From an uncultured Candidatus Saccharibacteria bacterium (GTDB lineage Bacteria; Patescibacteriota; Saccharimonadia; CAILAD01; JADZBC01), in assembly GCA_964413715.1 (NCBI GenBank), contig CAYPSN010000001.1, forward strand, positions 10,613-74,612: a DNA stretch of 64,000 nt. Reading direction: 5' to 3'. The translations under genes were made by a program, and so were the position numbers. How positions within the stretch are numbered: position 1 is the first letter of the stretch; every line of letters begins with the position of its first letter. Below the pieces are notes generated by a model that saw only the letters and a program-made list of their open reading frames with translations, did not search any database and was not told where the DNA came from. This document shows positions 49,688 through 57,330 of the stretch, in pieces.

Positions 49688-50119
49688 CTAGCCGATCGGC
49701 TTGAGGCTCAGCCCGTGCTCGGCCAGCTTCTCCTTGACCAGGTCGAGGCTCTTCTGGCCGAAGTGCGTGATCGCGAGGAGGTCGTCCTCGGTCTTCTCGA
49801 CGAGCTGGCTGACGGTCTCGATCTGCGCACGACGTAGGTTGTTGCGGGTGCGGTCGACCTGGCTGTTGCCGGGGTCGGGGTGGCCGATGAGCTCCTCGAT
49901 GGTCATCTCCGGGGCCGGCCTCTGCCCGATGAACTCGATGCGCGACTTGTCGCCGATGAACTCGATGCTCGAGACCTGGGTCTCGATGCGCGCGCTGAGC
50001 TTGACGTCGGGGTAGTCCTCCGGGATGCGCAGGATGGCGGCCTTGGCCGCCAGGATCTGGTCCGTGGGGCCCGTCAAGACGAGCTCGGCGGAGATGCTGT
50101 TGGGTGCGGGGTCGGTCAT
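49688..50119 (-). CDS. island gene D: stand-alone actinobacterial-type RpoA C-terminal fragment (last alphaNTD strand + linker + alphaCTD)
   Basis: 143 aa. QVDRTRNNLRRAQIETVSQLVEKTEDDLLAITHFGQKSLDLVKEKLAEHGLSLK closely resembles actinobacterial RpoA CTD (..[47 protein letters not shown]), including the actinobacterial FGQKS signature. N-terminal TGPTDQILAAKAAIL resembles the last alphaNTD element. GC3 about 95%. Confidence 0.7.
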   Translation of the reverse strand: MTDPAPNSISAELVLTGPTDQILAAKAAILRIPEDYPDVKLSARIETQVSSIEFIGDKSRIEFIGQRPAPEMTIEELIGHPDPGNSQVDRTRNNLRRAQIETVSQLVEKTEDDLLAITHFGQKSLDLVKEKLAEHGLSLKPIG

Positions 50120-50182
50120 ATTTCCTCTTTCGTTGGGCGACCGGTTGCGTCCTTGTGGACGATTTTACAAGACGATTTTGCA

Positions 50183-50211
50183 ATATTAGCATAATTTTTA
50201 TTAATTGTCAA
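50183..50211 (-). promoter_or_regulatory. promoter of island gene D: TTGACA-17-TAATAT (minus strand), back-to-back with the hisS promoter
   Basis: Consensus -35 and a near-consensus -10 with 17-nt spacer. Confidence 0.5.
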
Positions 50212-50276
50212 TATTAGCTGACATTTTGTCGGCCGGCTACTTTCCGCTATACTAAACCTAAAGTAAAGGAGCCAGT

Positions 50277-51596
50277 ATGGCACGGGTAACACCACGCATT
50301 CTCAGCGGTTTTGTTGAGCTTCTGCCCGAGGATCAAATAAAGTTTAATAGTATGTTCGACACGATTCGTAGCGTATACGAAAGCTATGGCTATGCGCCGA
50401 TCGAGACTCCTGCAATCGAACTGGGCGAAGTTCTGCTGGCCAAGGCTGGTGGTGAGACCGAAAAACAGATTTACAAAATTGCTCGCGATAAAGACGACAA
50501 AGAGATGGCATTACACTTTGATCTGACTGTGCCACTGGCACGCTACGTGGCTCAACACGAAGGCGAGTTGGTTTTACCGTTTCGGCGCTATCAAATGCAA
50601 AAAGTCTGGCGTGGCGAACGCAGTCAGGCAGGACGATACAAGGAGTTCTACCAATGCGACATCGACGTCGTTGGCAGTAGTAATGTGCTTTATGACGCAG
50701 AAATGCCTGCTGTTATTTCGAGCGTGTTTCGCAAACTCAATGTTGGTGCGTTTACCATTCGCATTAATAACCGCAAGATACTCCAGGGCTACCTAGAAAG
50801 TATTGGTGCGCATCATATTTCGGCAGAAGTGCTGCGCGTCGTCGATAAGCTCGACAAAATCGGTGCCGCTAAAGTAAGTGATGAGCTGGTAGGGCTCGGT
50901 GTAACTAAAGACCAAACCAAGAACCTACTTGAATTTATCGCTACCAAGGGTAGTGTAGATGAACTTTTGGGTGCACTCGAGGCGCAACAAACTCAAAATA
51001 CTCGTTTTCGTGCTGGTTTGGCGGAACTTCGAGGGGTGATTGATGGCATTCGCCAACTCGGCGTGCCGGCAGATGACTACGCGATAGACCTTACGATTGC
51101 GCGCGGGCTAGACTATTACACCGGCACGGTATACGAAACGACACTTGATGATTTTCCTGGTGTTGGCAGTGTGTGCTCAGGCGGTCGCTATGATGATTTG
51201 GCAAGCTACTATACAAAGAGCAAATTACCTGGCGTGGGGATTTCAATTGGACTAACGCGATTGTTTATGCAACTTAAAGAGATTGGCTTGGTTGCCGAAG
51301 GCGCTCGCACGCCGAGCAAAGTTGCGATACTACCACTGAGTGAAGCGGCTGTACCGCGTGTACTCGAAACTGCTGCTGCATTGCGCAGCGCTGGGGTCTC
51401 TGCTTTAGCCCAGCTCGATGTGGGCCAGCCAAGCAAACAACTACGCTATGCGGACCGGCTTGGAGTAGCTTGGGCAATCGTAGTGGGCGAAGATGAGGTC
51501 GCCAATAAAAAACTAATTCTCAAAGACATGGCGACAGGCGCACAAGACACTATGGCAATAACCAAGGTGGTCAAAAAGCTTACGGCTGACAAATAA
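50277..51596 (+). CDS. hisS: histidyl-tRNA synthetase
   Basis: 439 aa. Class II motifs (FRRYQMQKVWRGE, GGRYD), C-terminal anticodon-binding domain. Confidence 0.9.
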   Translation: MARVTPRILSGFVELLPEDQIKFNSMFDTIRSVYESYGYAPIETPAIELGEVLLAKAGGETEKQIYKIARDKDDKEMALHFDLTVPLARYVAQHEGELVLPFRRYQMQKVWRGERSQAGRYKEFYQCDIDVVGSSNVLYDAEMPAVISSVFRKLNVGAFTIRINNRKILQGYLESIGAHHISAEVLRVVDKLDKIGAAKVSDELVGLGVTKDQTKNLLEFIATKGSVDELLGALEAQQTQNTRFRAGLAELRGVIDGIRQLGVPADDYAIDLTIARGLDYYTGTVYETTLDDFPGVGSVCSGGRYDDLASYYTKSKLPGVGISIGLTRLFMQLKEIGLVAEGARTPSKVAILPLSEAAVPRVLETAAALRSAGVSALAQLDVGQPSKQLRYADRLGVAWAIVVGEDEVANKKLILKDMATGAQDTMAITKVVKKLTADK

Positions 51597-51720
51597 GCTT
51601 AAAATTGTTATAATTATGCCTAACAACGAGTAGCGCGCTACACTTGCAGTTAATAAAATGCAAATAGATGTTAGCGCGGTTATTTTTGTCTAATATATTG
51701 AGTAACTATAAGGTGGTAGT

Positions 51721-53559
51721 ATGCAAGCCGCTCAAAAACCAGAAAACATTCGAAACATTGCCGTGATCGCCCACGTTGATCATGGTAAAACGACCATTGT
51801 AGACGGCCTGCTCAAGCAGTCTAAGACGTTTCGTGATAACCAGGCTGAAATGGCGCAAGAGCTCATCATGGACAGCGGTGATCAAGAAAAAGAGCGCGGT
51901 ATTACCATTACGGCCAAAGTTACTGCTGTGCAGCACGGGGATTACCGTATCAACATTATCGATACTCCGGGGCACGCTGACTTTTCTGGTGAGGTAGAAC
52001 GTACACTGAATATGGCCGATGGCTGCTTACTCATCGTAGACGCTCAAGAAGGCCCTATGCCGCAGACGAAGTTTGTACTCACTAAGGCTCTGGCCGGTGG
52101 TCTTAAGCCAATTGTAGTGATTAACAAGATTGATAAGCCGGGTAGCCGCATTGCCGAAGTGGAGGAAGAGCTGGCTGATTTGTTCCTCGAGCTAGCCGTA
52201 CACGAAGACCAACTGCACTATCCAGTGTATTATGCCATTGGTCGCGAAGGAAAAGCCTGGAAGGAAGCACCGAGCGATTCAAGTGCGGCGGGCGATTTGG
52301 AATGCATTTTTGAAGCAATCATTAGGGACGTGCCTGCTCCAAAGGTTGAGCTCGATGCACCATTCCAAATGCTCGTAACCGCTTTGGCCCATGATACCTA
52401 TAAGGGCAAATATGCAGTAGGCCGCATTAATCGTGGTTCGGTTAAAGCTGGCGATACAGTTTCGCTCTGCCAGAAAGACGGCAAAGTAACCAAAGCGCGC
52501 GTCGAAGCTGTGTTTATGAGCCATGGTGTGAGCAAATTTGAAGTGCCGGGCGGAATTGCTGGTGACATTGTGCAGCTTACAGGAATTGGCGCTGTGCAAA
52601 TTGGCGAGACGATCGCAGATGCCGAAAACCCCGAAGCCCTACCGGTACTCGAAGTAGAAGCCCCTACACTAAAAATTTACATTGGCCCAAATACGAGCCC
52701 ACTCAAAGGCTTGGAAGGTGAGTTTACGACTAGTCGTCAGATTGATGAGCGCTTGCATAAAGAGCTAGAAACGAACATTGGTTTGCGTGTCGAGGACGGT
52801 GGTCTTGGATTCTTGGTGTCCGGCCGTGGTGAACTTCACTTAAGCGTGTTGATTGAAACCCTGCGCCGCGAAGGCTTTGAGCTGGAAGTAGGTCGGCCAC
52901 AGGTTGTGACCAAAGAAGAAAATGGGCAGACCATGGAGCCGATTGAAGAACTAATCATTGAAGTACCTGCCGAGCATGTTGGTGCAGTGCAGATGGAACT
53001 AGGCGCGCGCCGCGCGACTCTAAAGGAGCAGTTTGCCAGCCCTAAGGGTGTAACGAAATTGGTGTACGAGCTGCCGACTCGTGTGTTGCTTGGTTTGCGC
53101 AACATACTGCTAACCAACACGAAGGGTACGGTGATTATGAATAGCCTTATGATTGGCTATCAGCCGCTTGGGCCAGCTATGCAGCAGCTTCGTAGCGGCG
53201 TACTCATCGCCTTTGAGGCCGGTACAACCACTCCGTATGCCCTGCAGACAGTGGAGCAGCGTGGTACGTGCTTTGTAGGACCGGGCGAAAAGGTTTATGC
53301 CGGCCAGATTATCGGACTCAATGCCCGTTCGGATGACATGGAAATAAACGTATGTAAGGAAAAGCACCTTACCAATATGCGTTCTAGCTCGAGCGATGGC
53401 GTTGTGCAATTAACTCCGCCAGTTATATTTAGTCTTGAGGAGTGCATCGACTTCATTGAAAACGATGAGTTGCTTGAAGTGACACCAAAGAACTTACGAC
53501 TTCGCAAGCGCGAGCTCGACCACAATATGCGCAAGCGCCAGAGCCAAAACCGCCGCTAG
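51721..53559 (+). CDS. typA: translational GTPase TypA/BipA
   Basis: 612 aa. G1 [10 protein letters not shown]3 DTPGHADF, G4 NKID, EF-G-like domains. Confidence 0.9.
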   Translation: MQAAQKPENIRNIAVIAHVDHGKTTIVDGLLKQSKTFRDNQAEMAQELIMDSGDQEKERGITITAKVTAVQHGDYRINIIDTPGHADFSGEVERTLNMADGCLLIVDAQEGPMPQTKFVLTKALAGGLKPIVVINKIDKPGSRIAEVEEELADLFLELAVHEDQLHYPVYYAIGREGKAWKEAPSDSSAAGDLECIFEAIIRDVPAPKVELDAPFQMLVTALAHDTYKGKYAVGRINRGSVKAGDTVSLCQKDGKVTKARVEAVFMSHGVSKFEVPGGIAGDIVQLTGIGAVQIGETIADAENPEALPVLEVEAPTLKIYIGPNTSPLKGLEGEFTTSRQIDERLHKELETNIGLRVEDGGLGFLVSGRGELHLSVLIETLRREGFELEVGRPQVVTKEENGQTMEPIEELIIEVPAEHVGAVQMELGARRATLKEQFASPKGVTKLVYELPTRVLLGLRNILLTNTKGTVIMNSLMIGYQPLGPAMQQLRSGVLIAFEAGTTTPYALQTVEQRGTCFVGPGEKVYAGQIIGLNARSDDMEINVCKEKHLTNMRSSSSDGVVQLTPPVIFSLEECIDFIENDELLEVTPKNLRLRKRELDHNMRKRQSQNRR

Positions 53560-53590
53560 AGCCGTCTGAGCTTTGCTATAATAAGGCGTA

Positions 53591-55051
53591 ATGAAAGAAA
53601 CTAACCTCATTAATCAGGCGCGATTGCACTATGCTCCCGAGCAAGTAGAGCGCTTGCATTCGGCCGTTTCATTGGCTGCCAAGGCTCACGCTGGCCAAAA
53701 GCGCAAATCTGGCGAGGACTACATAACTCATCCACTCCACGTCGCTTCGCTTTTAATTGATTGGAAGCTCGATATTGATTCGGTTATTGCAGGTGTACTG
53801 CATGATGTTGTGGAAGACACAGGTGTAACGCTAAGCGAGATTGAAGAGGTCTTCGGTGAAGATGTGGCATTCTTGGTCGATGGCGTTACCAAGGTTGGCA
53901 AGGTGCGCAGTGGTATGCGGAGTATAGAGGAGTATCGCCCCGAAACGCGCGAAAACCTCAGTAAGCTGCTCATTGCAGTGGGGCAGGACTTGCGGGTAAT
54001 CATTATTAAACTCGCCGACCGATTGCATAATTTGCAGACTCTTAAGCACCTGAGTAAAGAAAAGCAACACAAAATTGCTCGCGAATCGCTCGACGTTTTT
54101 GCGCCCCTGGCTGACCGCATGGGCATGGGTCGTTTACGCGTGCAACTAGAAGAATTGGCTTTCTCATACCTAGAGCCAAGCGAGTATCAGGCCTTGCAAT
54201 CGGCTATTAAGAAACGCGTGCGGCAAGCACACAAGAACCTAGAAGTAGTGCGTGAGAAAGTCGAGCAGACATTTCGTCAGTCTGGCTTGCAGGCTCGGAT
54301 TGAGGGAAGAATTAAGAGTGTTTATTCGCTACATAAGAAGCTCAAGAAAGTAGCTGGTGATTTTGACGAAATTTATGATTTAATCGCTCTGCGCATTTTG
54401 GTTGAAGATGTCGAGGATTGCTACAGGGCGCTTGGTATTCTCCATGGGCTTTATCAGCCGTTGCCTACGCGCATAAAGGACTATATTTCTGTCCCTAAAT
54501 CGAATGGTTATCAATCACTGCACACCACTGTCATTACGCCAGAAGGCCAGGTGGTGGAGTTCCAGATTCGAACCGAGGAAATGCATGTACATGCCGAGCG
54601 CGGTTTAGCAGCTAGTTTTCATTACAACGAGCAAAAGCTTGCCAAAAACTACGCCCGTAAAGAAGCAGCCCATTTGCCGCGCAATATGCAATGGGTAGTG
54701 ACGCTGCAGGACGCTATTGCTTCGCTCGATAAGGACTCGTCGGCGTACGAAAAGCTCAAAGTTGATTTGTTTGCCGATAGAATCTTTACTTATTCGCCCA
54801 AGGGTGACATCTATGATCTGCCGGAGGGGGCTACAGCGCTGGACTTTGCTTTTGCCGTTCACTCCGATATTGGGCTGCATGCCCATGTAATACGTGTGAA
54901 TCATAAAATCGCTTCGTTCGACAAGCAGCTGCACAACGGCGATATCGTTGAAGTCATGACGCAGCGCAAAGCAAGGCCAAGCCTGGAGTGGGTAAAGTTC
55001 TTGCGGACCGACAAGGCTCGCAGCAAAGTACGTGCCTATTTACATAGGTAA
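53591..55051 (+). CDS. rel: compact bifunctional (p)ppGpp synthetase/hydrolase (RelA/SpoT homologue): HD + synthetase + TGS
   Basis: 486 aa. HD motif HPLHVA..HDVVED, synthetase motif YQSLHTTV, TGS-like C-terminus. Confidence 0.85.
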   Translation: MKETNLINQARLHYAPEQVERLHSAVSLAAKAHAGQKRKSGEDYITHPLHVASLLIDWKLDIDSVIAGVLHDVVEDTGVTLSEIEEVFGEDVAFLVDGVTKVGKVRSGMRSIEEYRPETRENLSKLLIAVGQDLRVIIIKLADRLHNLQTLKHLSKEKQHKIARESLDVFAPLADRMGMGRLRVQLEELAFSYLEPSEYQALQSAIKKRVRQAHKNLEVVREKVEQTFRQSGLQARIEGRIKSVYSLHKKLKKVAGDFDEIYDLIALRILVEDVEDCYRALGILHGLYQPLPTRIKDYISVPKSNGYQSLHTTVITPEGQVVEFQIRTEEMHVHAERGLAASFHYNEQKLAKNYARKEAAHLPRNMQWVVTLQDAIASLDKDSSAYEKLKVDLFADRIFTYSPKGDIYDLPEGATALDFAFAVHSDIGLHAHVIRVNHKIASFDKQLHNGDIVEVMTQRKARPSLEWVKFLRTDKARSKVRAYLHR

Positions 55052-55059
55052 TGATGTGA

Positions 55060-55293
55060 TTATTTTGTAGTTGGCTTTGGGCAGATAGTGTCGAGCTGAC
55101 TTTGGCTGGCATCTGGCTGAGAAGTTTGCGCACGCTTCAAGCAGGCTTTGTAGTCAGTATAGAGCTCCTTAAAGTTATTTGGCGATAGGAATACCAATGT
55201 AATGAAGAGTGCTGCCACCACCAGGCTCGCCTGGATGATGACGCAGACGTAGGCAATTGTTTTCCAGTCATGTTGGTTGGTTTTTTTCGACAT
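55060..55293 (-). CDS. small single-TM protein
   Basis: 77 aa. One TM helix, Cys pair in the C-terminal tail. Confidence 0.4.
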   Translation of the reverse strand: MSKKTNQHDWKTIAYVCVIIQASLVVAALFITLVFLSPNNFKELYTDYKACLKRAQTSQPDASQSQLDTICPKPTTK

Positions 55294-55321
55294 AGGGATT
55301 TATTCCAATTATAATATGCTT

Positions 55322-55756
55322 ATGCCAAAAACAGCAAAGCGCAAAACTAACTTACGCCAAGTAGAGGTTCGAATGGTTGATAGGGCCATGGGAATGGTGT
55401 CAATTATTGGTCCAGCCAGTGCTTCGCCTCAAGTTATCGAAATCTTTGCCAAACAAAGTGCCCAAGGCGTTTCGTTGCTGTCTTGGGTAATGTACTTGAT
55501 GCTTGGAGTGGTGTCGCTGTCATACGGTCTTTTTCATAAGCTCAAGCCTATTATTGTGAGCCAGGTATTGTGGTTAGTAATGGATATTGTTGTGATCGTT
55601 GGGATCTTAATGTACAGCCGCGGTGTGGTGCCGAGCGTGAGTTTTGATATGCTGGTATTGCTCAACACTATTGGTAAGGCCATGGTTATAGTGAGTTTTG
55701 GATTCGGCTTCGCAGCATTAGGGTCATATGTTGTTTTTCTGCGAGAGAAGTCGTAA
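55322..55756 (+). CDS. hypothetical 4-TM membrane protein. Start at MPKTAKRK; the ORF track begins at 55277.
   Basis: About 144 aa, basic N-terminus then four hydrophobic helices. Confidence 0.5.
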   Translation: MPKTAKRKTNLRQVEVRMVDRAMGMVSIIGPASASPQVIEIFAKQSAQGVSLLSWVMYLMLGVVSLSYGLFHKLKPIIVSQVLWLVMDIVVIVGILMYSRGVVPSVSFDMLVLLNTIGKAMVIVSFGFGFAALGSYVVFLREKS

Positions 55757-55831
55757 AAACTGCTTGCAAACACTACCCATAGTGGTATTATAGATAGCAT
55801 AAACGCTATAAACAAAAAGGAGGGGTGAGGG

Positions 55832-55975
55832 TGAGTGATCAAGAAGGTACTGTAACGGCGCAAGAAACCGAGCAGGCAGAAAAACAAGCCGTTGAGTCGC
55901 ATGAGGACGACTTTCTAGCCGGCGTTCAGGCGGCCGATGCTGAAAGCTTCAACGTCTGTATTTCTTGCGACTAAG
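55832..55975 (+). CDS. small acidic ORF (47 aa, GTG start) with perfect SD, ending CISCD. Not in the ORF track.
   Basis: AAAAAGGAGGGGTGAGG then GTG; translation VSDQEGTVTAQETEQAEKQAVESHEDDFLAGVQAADAESFNVCISCD; terminator hairpin follows. Confidence 0.3.
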
Positions 55976-55993
55976 TAGGATTGAACGCAAAAC

Positions 55994-56025
55994 AAACACC
56001 CCCTCGGGTTACCTTGGGGGTGTTT
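55994..56025. terminator. bidirectional intrinsic terminator (10-bp perfect stem AAACACCCCC/GGGGGTGTTT)
   Basis: The stem is followed by a U-rich run on the minus strand (terminates rpf-like) and lies 3' of the small plus-strand ORF. Confidence 0.6.
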
Positions 56026-56046
56026 GTGTATAGCTGGCTTGCTGGT

Positions 56047-56622
56047 TTAGAGTAAGCCAAGCTTACGAGCACAGGCAGGCCATGGGCTCCAGCCTCGAGC
56101 GGCTTGAGTTTCACGCGCCTTGGCGTCCTGGACAGCTGGCGGGGCTAAGTGCGGATACGCATAGCCACCATAGTTGTTCCAGGTGCCAATGTTGTACTGG
56201 TAGGCACCGTAGTAACCGTTACCCGAGTTACGAGTATAGTCACCACCGGCCTCACAGAGGCGCAGTTGCTCCCAGACGTCACCTGACGCAACGCCAATCT
56301 TTTGATTGGACTGATTGTCGAGTACTGCCGAAGCCAGCTTAATCTGCACGGCCTGAGCAGCTGCTTGAGCCTCTGCCTGAGCCTTGGCGGCTTGAGCGGC
56401 TTTTAGCGGAGCCATAACTTCTTGGTCGAAGTCGGGCTTTTGTGCTACAAGCTCAACAGCCTGGAGTGAGTTTGTATTGATATTTAGATTGTAGGTGATT
56501 TTTGGCCTACTTACAGCTTGGGCCGAAGCTTCGGCTGTAGCGGTGGCAGGAATATGTAGGGGGTTTGCCACCTGGGTTGCGAATAGTACGGCGACTATAA
56601 GCGATTGGATGTGTCTATGCAT
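56047..56622 (-). CDS. secreted Rpf-like (resuscitation-promoting-factor type) transglycosylase-like domain protein
   Basis: 191 aa. Signal peptide, Ala/Gln-rich linker, C-terminal WEQLRLCEAGGDYTRNSGNGYYGAYQYNIGTW...GWSPWPAC (transglycosylase-like domain with a conserved Cys pair). Confidence 0.75.
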   Translation of the reverse strand: MHRHIQSLIVAVLFATQVANPLHIPATATAEASAQAVSRPKITYNLNINTNSLQAVELVAQKPDFDQEVMAPLKAAQAAKAQAEAQAAAQAVQIKLASAVLDNQSNQKIGVASGDVWEQLRLCEAGGDYTRNSGNGYYGAYQYNIGTWNNYGGYAYPHLAPPAVQDAKARETQAARGWSPWPACARKLGLL

Positions 56623-56860
56623 GTATCTAACAAGTAGATACCCTCCTAAACTACGTCCTTTTCCTAGTTAATGCTCCGCCCGAAATTCGGGCAAATGCAC
56701 ACTTGAGCTAGAAACAAAAACGACCTTATAAGATGATTCTTACTCGGTCGAAATATCTAAAATCAAGTGAACGTGTGAATAATAGCATAACGTAAGCAGT
56801 TTGTCAAGCATTTTGGCGCACTTTTTGTTGCCAAAAGAATAAAGAAATTTTTGTAAAAAA

Positions 56861-57256
56861 GAGCCATCTACAGTATTTGAGATGGCAACGTGTCCTGGGG
56901 AGCGGGTGGAAGCTCCCCAGGACACGCGAGCGCAGCTACTGGTGTTTCCCCCTTGCAACACCAAGCGGCTCTGGGGCGATCTATATGTATAGAGGAGGGG
57001 CTGAGGGCCCGAAGCAGGAGGCCGTAGCCTGGTGCCCATCAGCGGGTGTAAAGCGCTATGGATGGGTGGGGCCTCTGCTCCGGGCCGACAGCTGCCGATT
57101 CTACGCTGAGTCGGCTGTCGCTGGTTTCCCCTGATACTCCTCGTGCCTATTGGCTTGGTCTCCACCAGCTTCAGAGCCTAGTCGGTTATCCGTCCCGCAG
57201 GTCGGGCCGCTAGCTACTTGGGGAAGCTTGTGAAACAAGGCCGGTTGGCTTGAGTT
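56861..57256 (-). ncRNA. unassigned about 390-nt GC-rich structured RNA gene (minus strand)
   Basis: Consensus promoter on the minus strand (TTGACA-16-TAGAAT; plus coordinates 57263-57290). At the 3' end, a 15-bp perfect hairpin (56889-56926) and a second hairpin GCCATCT/AGATGGC (56863-56886) are followed by a U6 run. The segment is about 60% GC versus 48% background, with no plausible ORF on either strand. No convincing RNase P, tmRNA, SRP or ydaO motifs were found by eye. Confidence 0.45.
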
Positions 57257-57330
57257 GGTTTTATTCTACTCCGCCTATGCTTGTTGTCAACGCTTTTTTC
57301 GAGACCATTTGATTGCTATACTAATCAGGT

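Noticed and set aside
47912-50146. Repeats, considered as integron attC sites of a gene-cassette array
   Set aside because: No intI integrase or attI/Pc is nearby. No GTTRRRY core or inverse-core sites flank the ORFs. Each cassette carries its own promoter, unlike promoterless integron cassettes. Kept only as a loose analogy.
49614-50192. 192-aa minus-strand ORF and several plus-strand ORFs of 100-205 aa (48009-48473, 48734-49156, 48934-49551, 49190-49579, 49880-50194) overlapping the island genes
   Set aside because: Arg/Pro/Gly-rich translations typical of wrong-frame reading of high-GC DNA. No SD. The true frames are identified by extreme GC3 and perfect SDs.
56740-57165. 141-aa minus ORF and 85-aa plus ORF inside the GC-rich block
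   Set aside because: Junk-like R/P/S-rich translations. The minus ORF reads through the double-hairpin terminator. The region is better explained as an ncRNA.
56861-57256. tmRNA identity for the ncRNA candidate
   Set aside because: No tag-peptide reading frame ending in Ala-Ala-stop, no GGGG...UUCGACGGG 5' end, and no T-loop (GGTTCGAATCC) at the 3' end on either strand.
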